A DNA stretch of 64,000 bases from NCBI GenBank assembly GCA_003242955.1, contig QJPH01000143.1, positions 15,679 through 79,678 of the forward strand, read 5' to 3'. Below, piece by piece: positions 47,501 through 55,812 of this stretch (position 1 is its first letter; each line of letters starts with the position of its first letter). The stretch is from Candidatus Methylumidiphilus alinenensis (GTDB lineage: Bacteria; Pseudomonadota; Gammaproteobacteria; Methylococcales; Methylococcaceae). The translations under genes were made by a program, and so were the position numbers. Under the pieces are notes generated by a model that was given only the letters and a program-made list of their open reading frames with translations, ran no database searches and had not been told where the DNA came from.

Positions 47501-48859
47501 TTAGGTGTTGTTGATATTCCGAAGCTCATGGTAATCAATCGCTTGTTTGATGGAGTTTAACCAAGGCAATATTCTTTTCTTAAAATCGGAGTCTGTATTC
47601 AATTTTGCCAGGGATTTATCCAGTTCAGAATTGAGTTCTTCTTGTGTGCGCTGGTGTATCGCCCACATCAGTTGCGTGTAAATCTCTTGACCTGCTTTCA
47701 GTAGCTCATAATTATCCATTAGGGAAGCAGTCAAATACAGTGTCCGCATTTGTAAATCAATGCCCTCATAGATTCGCTCTGGATTCCAAAACCAGATCGA
47801 AGCCCAAAAGTATTGGGTTGAATAAAATGCCCGGTCCAACAAATCGCGTAGTTTATTTAATCCAGAGTGTTGTTCATCACCCTCGATATTGAAATTAATG
47901 TTTGAATTAGCATCCCATATCAGATCGGTCAGCTTCCAAAGGTTTTCATGGATAGGATTGTCTTTGGATTTCCACAAGGGGTAGTAATCTCCCCTTTTAT
48001 AGTTATCCGGCTGAGTTGCCCAAGAGCAGGGTGGAAAATACTCAAAGATTTGTCCAACTTCTTTGGGTTTTTCAATCTTGCTTAGACCTTTGATGTTGAG
48101 CAGATCGGACACCAAGCATAATTCTACAGAATCTGATTTCGATAATTTACACAGCATGTCCCTCAGAAAAGTCTCCTGATAATATTTAACATGATGACCA
48201 AAGGTTTCCCCGGATATGGCAATGATAGTGTAGCAGTCTTGCTGTTGCAGTTGAATTTCAGCCTCCATTTGTCGAACAAACTCCCGACCCGTCAGATGAT
48301 GCCCATTTTTAATACGATTGCTCCATAGTTCACTCCTCATGAACACTGCAATGTCGTTGACATGGTAAATTTCGTGTTGAGGAATCCTTATCCCATTTAT
48401 TTCCATCACGCAATCATCAATAATCGTCCATTGAAAGCCCATCTCTTGATATAAAGGTAAAAGTTTGTCGTGATAGCACATTTCAGGAGAAAAAATACCC
48501 GATGTTGTAGTAACTCCGAAATGTTCGGACTTTAAATCCTTATCTAATGCAATTTGTCGTTTGACTTCTTGGTCTGGTAACAATGGAAAGATGGGATGGT
48601 AAGCCCCGGTATGGATCATTTCTATTTTGCCGAACTTAACCGCCTGTTTAAGCCCTTCTATGACTTTGTCTTTACGGAATTCGATTAATAAGCTGGCTAA
48701 AGAATTGGCAAGGGAAACGGTGAATTTGGCATTGGGTTTGGAATTGAATAGTTCCACTAGGGGTTGGTAACACTCACGGGTCACCTCGTCGATGACTTTG
48801 TCGTTTTGTGATGAAGGTTGAAATAAATCCAGTAAAAACGCCACATACATTTTAGCCAT
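47501..48859 (-). CDS. GH57-like protein, paralogue 2 (probably non-catalytic), 452 aa
   Basis: GH57-type regions are present: GKIEMIHTGAYHPIFPLL, GIFSPEMCY and YSTQYFWASIW. However, region I is DLFQP (His replaced by Asp) and region IV is IIAISGETFGHH (the acid/base Asp replaced by Ser, codon checked in the DNA). TAATG gives a 1-nt overlap with paralogue 1. Confidence 0.65.
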   Translation of the reverse strand: MAKMYVAFLLDLFQPSSQNDKVIDEVTRECYQPLVELFNSKPNAKFTVSLANSLASLLIEFRKDKVIEGLKQAVKFGKIEMIHTGAYHPIFPLLPDQEVKRQIALDKDLKSEHFGVTTTSGIFSPEMCYHDKLLPLYQEMGFQWTIIDDCVMEINGIRIPQHEIYHVNDIAVFMRSELWSNRIKNGHHLTGREFVRQMEAEIQLQQQDCYTIIAISGETFGHHVKYYQETFLRDMLCKLSKSDSVELCLVSDLLNIKGLSKIEKPKEVGQIFEYFPPCSWATQPDNYKRGDYYPLWKSKDNPIHENLWKLTDLIWDANSNINFNIEGDEQHSGLNKLRDLLDRAFYSTQYFWASIWFWNPERIYEGIDLQMRTLYLTASLMDNYELLKAGQEIYTQLMWAIHQRTQEELNSELDKSLAKLNTDSDFKKRILPWLNSIKQAIDYHELRNINNT

Positions 48860-50049
48860 TAGCGGTTCTCCAAAAGATGTCTTTTATTCTCAATTGCGGT
48901 CACCAATTCCCTAAATAATTTCTCGCCTTTGCCAATATCATCATCATTACCGGTCATCACCCAAGCCTTTTGCAGAATGCGCATCAAATTGAATGCCCCC
49001 TTGTAAATTTCCTGTGAATTCTCAGGTTTGTCGAATTTCCAATAGTTGGCCCACCAGAACTGACAAGAGTAAAGGGCTTTGTCCATATCCCCATTCAAGT
49101 TTTTATCGTTCAAGCGTCGCACATTGTCCAGTACAAGGTCACAAAATTGCCATTGCAAGGTATGGATGGGATTTTTATGGCTTTTCCACCAAGAAAAATA
49201 ATCCCGGTTGTCAATGTCGGCACGATCTGTAGACCAGGAGCCGGGCGGGATAAACTGGGTTACCTGCTTGAAATGATGAAAGATTTCTGCCAAGTGGGCG
49301 GTTCGTATCTCATCCTTATGCTGGTCAAAAGCAGCAAACATTTCACTAAGAAACACTTCGCTATATTTATGTTGATGATGACCAAAAGTTTCCCCATCCA
49401 GCGCGATGATCAGATAGCCGTCTTGGTCCCCCATCCATTGTTTCATGGAAGCCAGCAACTCTTCGACAAATTCCTGCCCATGGACCCAGTTGTTATCGTT
49501 ATTGGCAAAGCGGTTGGACCAATGGTTGCTACGCAACAACACCCCTAATTCATCTTGGCAGTAAACGGTGTCAAACGGAACTTCGATGCCATAATAGTCC
49601 AGATTGCCATCGTCGGCGATAGTCCACTGATAACCGAGGGATTTTAGCTGGGAAGCCAGATTGCCGGTGAAGGCCAATTCAGGAGAAAAGACTCCTTGTG
49701 GATTGAATTCAGCTGTCAATAAACGCTGATTGCCTTCATGGTTTAGCCGTATCTGCCGTTCCACTTCTTCATAAGGTATCAATGGGAAGATAGGGTGGTA
49801 AGCCCCGGTTTCGGTCAACTCCAAAATTCCTTCGTCATGCGCGGCGCGGATATTCTCAAGTATCTGCGGAAATGGATCGTGGAGTAATTCGACAAGACTG
49901 TAGTTGATGTTCAAGGTGAATTTCAAGCCGCTGGCTTCCCTGATTTTACGCGTCAGCGGTTCGTAGCTCTCCCGTACAATTTTAGCCAGCATATCAAATT
50001 CTTGTACAGGTGGCTGGTAGATGTGAAACAGAAAGTTGACAAATTTCAT
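48859..50049 (-). CDS. GH57-like glycoside hydrolase, paralogue 1 (catalytic motifs intact), 396 aa
   Basis: The start is set at ATG 50049 (MKFVNFLFHIYQPP). Regions are HIYQP, GILELTETGAYHPIFPLI, GVFSPELAF (nucleophile Glu), IIALDGETFGHH (acid/base Asp) and YSCQFWWANYW. The 55 upstream codons of the tracked ORF are MITE read-through. Confidence 0.7.
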   Translation of the reverse strand: MKFVNFLFHIYQPPVQEFDMLAKIVRESYEPLTRKIREASGLKFTLNINYSLVELLHDPFPQILENIRAAHDEGILELTETGAYHPIFPLIPYEEVERQIRLNHEGNQRLLTAEFNPQGVFSPELAFTGNLASQLKSLGYQWTIADDGNLDYYGIEVPFDTVYCQDELGVLLRSNHWSNRFANNDNNWVHGQEFVEELLASMKQWMGDQDGYLIIALDGETFGHHQHKYSEVFLSEMFAAFDQHKDEIRTAHLAEIFHHFKQVTQFIPPGSWSTDRADIDNRDYFSWWKSHKNPIHTLQWQFCDLVLDNVRRLNDKNLNGDMDKALYSCQFWWANYWKFDKPENSQEIYKGAFNLMRILQKAWVMTGNDDDIGKGEKLFRELVTAIENKRHLLENR

Positions 50050-50056
50050 CAATAAT

Positions 50057-50061
50057 CTCCT
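50057..50061 (-). promoter_or_regulatory. Shine-Dalgarno (AGGAG) for the first gene of the AT-rich operon
   Basis: The minus strand reads AAAGGAGATTATTGATG, with AGGAG 7 nt upstream of ATG 50049. Confidence 0.55.
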
Positions 50062-50117
50062 TTGACTGCAATAGCTAGGTTGCCTTGGGAACAGGCTTGA
50101 TCCAGTGATTTTTACGC

Positions 50118-50196
50118 CGTCATTACAAAAGGCTTGTCGTCGCTTGAGGTTTGCCATCCCTGGACGCTGGATTCCTGCATCCATGCCGGAATGACG
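50118..50196. repeat. Degenerate family C hairpin-module element just upstream of the operon
   Basis: CGTCATTAC...CTGGATTCCTGCATCCATGCCGGAATGACG. It is related to the elements at 50363-50503 and 58498-58636. Confidence 0.6.
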
Positions 50197-50362
50197 GGCC
50201 CGGCGTAATTTCAAGCATTGCCGAGTTTGTGTGCATCACGTTTAATCGTACCCACCTTTCGCAAAAAATCCACCGGACGTACAATAGGAATATTACCATA
50301 ACTGCCAAGTGTCAACAGATCATGGTCGCCGGACACAGCAATTCTCATTTTGGCTAGAACGC

Positions 50363-50503
50363 CGTCATTCCGGCAGGGATTGCCGGAATCCAGATGCCAT
50401 GGACGGCAACTCGACGCTCGCAAGTGTTTGATTCAGGGTGTGTGCCAGCCCGCAGTTTCACATCCCTGTGGACTGGATTCCGGCAATCCCTGCCGGAATG
50501 ACG
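50363..50503. mobile_element. MITE family C (141 bp) with ~30-bp terminal inverted repeats
   Basis: CGTCATTCCGGCAGGGATTGCCGGAATCCAG ... CTGGATTCCGGCAATCCCTGCCGGAATGACG. A homologous copy lies at 58498-58636. Confidence 0.8.
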
Positions 50504-50725
50504 GACCATAGTTTAACTCTAATTTTTTATTTGGTTCAACGTTAAGGTGGTTTCCAATAAAGTTTACCCTCCTTTGGGGAAATCCCCCCTAACCCCCCTT
50601 TTGCAAAGGGGGGAGTGGTATGCTCATTTCTGGAATACACCTAATCGTGATTTTGCCTGAATGACCAACCGCACTAATTCAGGGTAAAATAAGCATTTAA
50701 GTTTACTTGACGCTACTGGAAACTC

Positions 50726-53106
50726 TTGAACAATCAAAATTATTTTGCCACGGCCCCATTGGGTTTCGAACTTTTGCTCGCCGACGAATTGCGTGGTTTG
50801 GGTGCCGATGAGGTTAAAGACGTCCGGGCGGGGGTTTCTTTCTCCGCCGACATCGAAACCGCCTACCGGGTTGTTTGTGGTCGCGGTTAGCCAATCGCGT
50901 GTTGTTAAAGCTGGCAAGCTTTCCCGCCGCCACTCCCGAGGAACTATACACCGAAGTCAGTGAAATCGACTGGGCGGTTTTGATGCTGCCTGAAGCAACG
51001 TTGGCCGTGGATTTCACCAGTTCCCGATCCCGCATCACCCACACTCAATTTGGCGCGCAAAAGGTCAAGGATGCCATCGTCGATCAGTTCCGCGAACTGT
51101 GCGGTATCCGCCCTTCGGTGCGTTTGGACCGTCCAGACATTCGGGTGAATGTTTATTTGGACAAGGACATTGCCAGCGTTGCCCTGGATATTTCCGGCGA
51201 GAGCCTGCACAAGCGCGGTTATCGGTTGGATGGCGGAATTGCCCCGCTGAAGGAAAACCTAGCCGCCGCCGTTCTGCTGCGAGCGGGTTGGCCTGATATT
51301 GCTAAAACGGGAGGCGAATTGGTCGATCCCATGTGTGGTTCTGGAACCCTGCTGATCGAAGCCGCTTGGATGTCTGCTGATATTGCGCCAGGGCTGATGC
51401 GGGATTATTTTGGCTTTCAGGGCTGGAAGCATCATCGCGCCGACTTGTGGGAATCTCTGTTAGAGGAAGCCAAAACCCGCCGCGAAGCCGGTTTGCGGAA
51501 GCTGCCGACGATCACCGGCTATGATTTTGACCGCCATGCCGTCCATGCCGCATTGGACAATATCGAGCGGGCCGGATTGCACGGATTGATCCATGTCGAA
51601 AAGCAAGAGGTCATAAACGCACGGCCTCGCAAATACGGCTATACTTCTGAATTAAGCCGTCATTCCGGCATGGATCGCCGGAATCCAGATTGCAGGGATG
51701 CCACCAATCCATGCCGGAACGACGATGGAACCCTTAATTCAACAGCAGAGACCTTAGACTCCTTCCCTTTTATAAAGGAAAAAAAGGGGGATTTTCAACC
51801 TACCGGACTGGTCGTGGTCAACCCCCCCTATGGCGAAAGGCTAGGCGAGGCGGATGAACTGGCCGGTTTGTATAGCGAACTGGGTGGTGTCCTAAGAACC
51901 CATTTCCAAGCTTGGAAAGCCAGCGTATTGACCGGCAACCCGGAACTGGCGTTCAAACTGGGGATTCGTGCGAGGAAATTCTACAAACTCTACAACGGGG
52001 CGATAGAATGCAAATTGTTCAATTTCGATATCGAACCAGAGCGATTTTTTACGCCCCACGAGGATGAAACCGGGCTTTCTGAGGAAGCCCGCAAATCCAA
52101 GCAACTGATGCGCCAAGCCCAAAGTCTGGCAAACAAGGGGGAAACCGGTTCAGGGGCGGAAATGTTTGCCAATCGTTTGCGTAAAAATGCAAAAAACTTG
52201 GGGCGGTGGGCTAGGCAAAACAACGTGTCTTGTTACCGGCTCTATGATGCCGACCTTCCCGAATATGCGGTGGCGGTGGATTTGTACCAAGGCGAGAAAA
52301 CTTGGCTGCATGTGCAGGAATACCAGGCACCGGCCATCATTGACCCCGCCAAGGCCGAGCACCGTTTGGTGGAAGCCTTGTCAGTCATGCCACAGGTGTT
52401 GGAGATTCCACAAGGACAACTATTCCTGAAAATCCGCCAGCGCCAGAGGGGCTCCGACCAATATGAGAAGCAGGCCGACGTAGGCCGATTCCATCAGGTG
52501 GACGAAGGCGTTTGCCGTTTTTGGGTCAACTTTGAAGACTATCTGGACACCGGCCTGTTTCTGGACCACCGCCCGACCCGGCTGATGATCCAGCGATTGG
52601 CCAAGGACAAGCATTTCCTCAACCTCTTTGCCTATACCGGAACGGCCACCGTCCATGCGGCTTTGGGCGGTGCCCGTTCGACGACCAGTGTGGACATGTC
52701 GCATACCTATATGGAATGGGCGCGGCGGAACTTGGAACTGAACGGCATCAAAGGTTATCATCACGAACTGATCCAGGCCGATTGCCTGGCTTGGCTGGAT
52801 GCCCAGGTAGATAAGGGTGGCAACCGGTTTGATTTGATATTCCTAGACCCGCCCACCTTCTCCAATTCCAAGCGCATGGCAGGTGCTTTTGACGCACAGC
52901 GGGATCATGTGGAAATCTTACGCAAAACCGCCAGATTGCTATCGCCCGGCGGCCTGTTAATCTTTTCCACCAATTTCCGTAAATTCAAACTCGATTATGA
53001 TGCTTTGCAAGATTTTGTGGTCGAGGACATCAGCGGCAAGACCATCCCCAAGGATTTTGAACGCAACCCGAGAATCCATTATTGTTGGACGATCAGAAAT
53101 AAATAG
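50726..53106 (+). CDS. rlmL: Bifunctional 23S rRNA (G2445-N2)/(G2069-N7) methyltransferase RlmKL, with an apparent 1-nt frameshift near 50873-50877 and an in-frame MITE-derived insert
   Basis: The tracked ORF 50875-53106 begins LWSRLANRVLL and carries NPPYGERL, YRLYDADLPEY and DPPTFSNSKR. The expected N-terminus (TTG 50726: MNNQNYFATAPLGFELLLADELRGLGADEVKDVRAGVSFSADIETAYRVV) lies in another frame and stops at TAG 50888-50890. Confidence 0.85.
51649..51740. mobile_element. Internally deleted family A MITE derivative (92 nt) inside the rlmKL reading frame
   Basis: GAATTAAGCCGTCATTCCGGCATGGATCGCCGGAATCCAGATTGCAGGGATGCCACCAATCCATGCCGGAACGAC...CTTAATTC. Its first ~65 nt are near-identical to 17066-17130. 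It is translated as ELSRHSGMDRRNPDCRDATNPCRNDDGTLNS. Confidence 0.85.
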
Positions 53107-53154
53107 CGTTGAGTATGGCATCGGTAGCATATAAGATAGTTTGCCATTTAATAA

Positions 53155-53187
53155 AGACCGACTCGGTTTTAAAATCCGAGTCGGTCT
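53155..53187. repeat. Family P palindrome, intergenic copy 3 (33 nt)
   Basis: AGACCGACTCGG-TTTTAAAAT-CCGAGTCGGTCT, 49 nt after the rlmKL stop. It may act as a transcript-end hairpin, but no T-tract follows. Confidence 0.85.
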
Positions 53188-53214
53188 TGCCAAGCATCAA
53201 TGATTAGGTAAGCC

Positions 53215-53496
53215 GTGCAAAGACGAGTGCATATTGTTGTTTCTGGTAGGGTGCAAGGCGTTGGTTACCGCGCATCGGCCTTCGACAAAGCAAAGTCATT
53301 AGGCATAACTGGCTGGGTGCGGAATTTACCGGAAGGCAATGTCGAAATCCTTGCCGAGGGTGATAAGCCTAGTATGGAGGCTTTCATTGACTGGTGCGCA
53401 AGTGGGCCGCGCTGGGCTAGGGTGGATGATGTGCAAGTGAGTGATGAGATGCCTAAAGGGGATTCTAGTAGTTACAGCGTTTTTATTATCAAATAA
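53215..53496 (+). CDS. acyP: Acylphosphatase
   Basis: GTG start. The signature is VSGRVQGVGYR plus GWVRNLPEGNVEI. Length is 93 aa. Confidence 0.85.
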   Translation: MQRRVHIVVSGRVQGVGYRASAFDKAKSLGITGWVRNLPEGNVEILAEGDKPSMEAFIDWCASGPRWARVDDVQVSDEMPKGDSSSYSVFIIK

Positions 53497-53499
53497 TTC

Positions 53500-53623
53500 G
53501 GCCTTGGTCATCGTTCAGCCCACCCAATGTGGAGTGCGGCGACTCGTCGCCGCTTTCCGAACCATGCGGCGACGAGTCGCCGCACTCCACAAACTCACCC
53601 ATCGGGCTGAACGATGACCATGG
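53500..53623. mobile_element. MITE family E, copy 2
   Basis: GGCCTTGGTCATCGTTCAGCC ... GGCTGAACGATGACCATGG. The interior is the inverted version of the 19577-19695 copy. Confidence 0.8.
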
Positions 53624-53683
53624 ACGAAAAGCACTCTTCTTTGCGCCTTTGCGAGCTTTGCGTGAGACTTCTTTTTCCAGCTT

Positions 53684-53762
53684 GGAGTGCAAGCCTTGCC
53701 TTGCCTGCACACGCCATCGCAAGGCAAGCCTTGCACTCCCGCATCACTTTTAATCGCACCCC
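53684..53762. repeat. REP-like hairpin element, family F, copy 2
   Basis: GGAGTGCAAGCCTTGCCTTGC ... GCAAGGCAAGCCTTGCACTCCCGCATCACTTTTAATCGCACCCC. Compare with 2079-2157. Confidence 0.8.
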
Positions 53763-54667
53763 TAGGGGGTTGCGGCTTTTTGGCTGGTGCGCCTAGGCTG
53801 GCGGGCCAGTTCCCGCAAATGCCAAGCGTCAGGATCGACTGCGCCCTCCAAGCGAGCTTCCTCGGCATCGTCGAGTTCATGGAAAAAATCAAATCCCGTG
53901 CGCTGCTCAATTGCATCTACGCTGGTCACATAATGGTCTAGGGGTTCGTCACCGCGCACCGTTTGCGGCATCACCAACGCCAGCATCTTTTTTGCCTCCG
54001 GGGCAACGATGATTGTGTAGAATGCATCGGGAACTTCAACCCGCCAAGAGGTGTGCAAGCGCTCGACCGGCGGGTCAAAAATCGGGCCGGCCATCACCCA
54101 GATTTTTCCGAATTGCTTAGCAAAGGGGTCCAATTCCACCTCTTCCAACCGTTCCCAAAGTTTGTTGCTTAGACCGGCCTTTTGCGGCACGGCGTTGGTC
54201 ATGCGCAAGGCATCCTTTTGCCCTTGCTTGCCGTAAATCAAGCCCATGGCATGAAAGGGTGCCAAATGACCAATTTCGTAACCGCTGCCGTTATAATGCT
54301 GCGGGGCTACACGGTTGATACCCCGCCAGTCAGACTTGAATTCTTCGGGCGACATCAGACTGGTTGCACCTTGTGGAGAGGGCATGAGCGCATAAGTGAC
54401 CCAAAGCGGATTTCCTCTCAGGTCAGAATATCCCAAGATAAACCCTTGGTTGCGCAAAGTACGGGCCCAAGTAAAGGGGTTCATCCTGTCCATGGGTTTG
54501 GGTTCCCCCATCCAGAACATAGGTGGGCGGGCGACATGGACCTCGAAAGCGTACCAAGCCCCAATCAGCAGACTGAGCGCCAACCAGGCACTAAAAGGCA
54601 TTAAGCCGCCTAAACGAAGAGCAAAAACAAGCATTGTCCAAATAGACAGGCGCCGTGATTTTTGCAC
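53762..54667 (-). CDS. DNA/RNA non-specific endonuclease family protein (membrane-anchored)
   Basis: N-terminal TM segment. The beta-beta-alpha-Me region is SGYEIGHLAPFHAM (a variant of DRGHLxP) followed by NAVPQ. Its 3' end abuts repeat F, so the exact C-terminus is uncertain. Confidence 0.6.
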   Translation of the reverse strand: MQKSRRLSIWTMLVFALRLGGLMPFSAWLALSLLIGAWYAFEVHVARPPMFWMGEPKPMDRMNPFTWARTLRNQGFILGYSDLRGNPLWVTYALMPSPQGATSLMSPEEFKSDWRGINRVAPQHYNGSGYEIGHLAPFHAMGLIYGKQGQKDALRMTNAVPQKAGLSNKLWERLEEVELDPFAKQFGKIWVMAGPIFDPPVERLHTSWRVEVPDAFYTIIVAPEAKKMLALVMPQTVRGDEPLDHYVTSVDAIEQRTGFDFFHELDDAEEARLEGAVDPDAWHLRELARQPRRTSQKAATP

Positions 54668-54953
54668 AGGGACGCTAGTTCGAGCCGTGCGTGTCAGGGA
54701 GGTTTTTTTGGGTTGTTGTATGAAGATGATGCTCCGTCCAATGCTGTTTGATGTTAAGCAGCGGTAGGCCGGAATAAGTCCGCGCCAGTGGGCGTTTCCG
54801 GCGAGCTGACGGGCCGAATGCCGGAAACGGTCGTTTGCACGACCTTATTCCGGCCTACGTCCAATCCTGTGTCAACAGCATGGGGCGACCGGCCGGTCGC
54901 CCCCACCACCGTACATTTAGTGCGCCGTCGCTTAAGTTAAAGACCGACTCGAT

Positions 54954-55592
54954 TTATTGTTTCTCAGGTTCGCTTTCAGTCCCTGGTTTTCTCATGGCAT
55001 CCATGTTGTGGCCACCATGGCCGCCCGCACCCGCACCACCGCCGCTGTTGCCGGGGCCACCGCCACTGCCACCGGCACCGGCACTGACACCTTCTTTTTG
55101 ACGCATGTTGATGGCGACGCCAGAAGCCTTGGTGATGTTTTGCTCGGTTAGCCCACCCAAAGCAATTGCGCCATCCACGACATCGGTGGTCACTGCACTC
55201 ACATCCATGACATCCGCTATGGGACTGGTCACCACGGCCTTAACCGGGTCGCTCAGCAACGCCTCAGCGGGTGGATGGGCCGAGATGACAATCGGGTATG
55301 TCGTACCCGCCGGCACGGTGATGGTGTAATGAGCATTGGTGAAATGAGTCGTGTGGACGACGTTGCCGGATTTGTCCCGCACATCAAGCGAGCCTTGTTC
55401 GATGGGTCCGTTCTTATTGCTGATCTTCCCGCTGATTCTCGCTTCCATTTTGGACGCTGAACTGCTGGAATAGCTACCGTCTTCGCCGCAACCGGCCATC
55501 AGCCCAAAGCCCAATACTGAAACCGCCACTAGTGCGCATTTCAGGATATCAAATCTTGTTTTTGTAATAAGAAGTGTTTTCGCCATTTTCAA
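54954..55592 (-). CDS. Putative lipoprotein with a Gly/His-rich C-terminal tail
   Basis: Signal peptide with a lipobox (GLMAGC). The C-terminus is GAGGSGGGPGNSGGGAGAGGHGGHNMD. No enzymatic motif was seen. Confidence 0.5.
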   Translation of the reverse strand: MKMAKTLLITKTRFDILKCALVAVSVLGFGLMAGCGEDGSYSSSSASKMEARISGKISNKNGPIEQGSLDVRDKSGNVVHTTHFTNAHYTITVPAGTTYPIVISAHPPAEALLSDPVKAVVTSPIADVMDVSAVTTDVVDGAIALGGLTEQNITKASGVAINMRQKEGVSAGAGGSGGGPGNSGGGAGAGGHGGHNMDAMRKPGTESEPEKQ

Positions 55593-55812
55593 ACCCGTTA
55601 TGGTGGAAGTGAATGATTAAATTCGACGACTGTAAAACCGCTGCAACATTTAGACATCATTATTATACTGTCACGTCGATTCAATCAGGTTTATAGCACA
55701 GAATTTCGCTGCCTGTATAGACAGCCAAGCTATAGTTTTGATGCATTATGCCGGCCTCAGCGGAACTGGTGGCGTTCCAGATGAAGCCGGCGCAGATGGA
55801 AAGTGAACCTCT

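Larger units (their letters stand above)
39387..50049 (-). other. AT-rich five-gene operon / putative horizontally acquired island
   Basis: Five co-directional ORFs are separated by a 1-nt overlap and gaps of 21, 8 and 48 nt. The region is clearly more AT-rich than the flanking yihY and rlmKL genes by eye (not computed). Hairpin-module repeats lie on both sides. Confidence 0.7.

Noticed and set aside
50050-50214. N-terminal extension (55 codons) of the first GH57-like gene
   Set aside because: The extension is read-through of a hairpin-module repeat (RHSGMDAGIQRPG...). ATG 50049 has an AGGAG Shine-Dalgarno and aligns with the GH57 region I start.
50590-50615. CCCCCCTTTTGCAAAGGGGGG hairpin upstream of rlmKL as a terminator or riboswitch element
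   Set aside because: It is a single short palindrome of a widespread repeat type (coding-like PPFAKGG). No T-tract follows, and no conserved riboswitch architecture is recognisable.
50866-50882. Programmed ribosomal frameshift in rlmKL
   Set aside because: I see no canonical slippery heptamer or obvious downstream stimulatory structure, and rlmKL is not known to use recoding. A homopolymer error or a mutation is more parsimonious.
53515-53916. 133-aa minus-strand ORF and the overlapping + strand ORFs at 53529-53941
   Set aside because: They are composed of read-through of family E and F repeats and the 3' end of the endonuclease gene, and show no motifs.
54954-55130. Gly-rich GGNGGN-type DNA periodicity as a repeat element
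   Set aside because: It is imperfect, in frame, and part of the C-terminal low-complexity tail of the lipoprotein ORF. No similar copy occurs elsewhere in the window.
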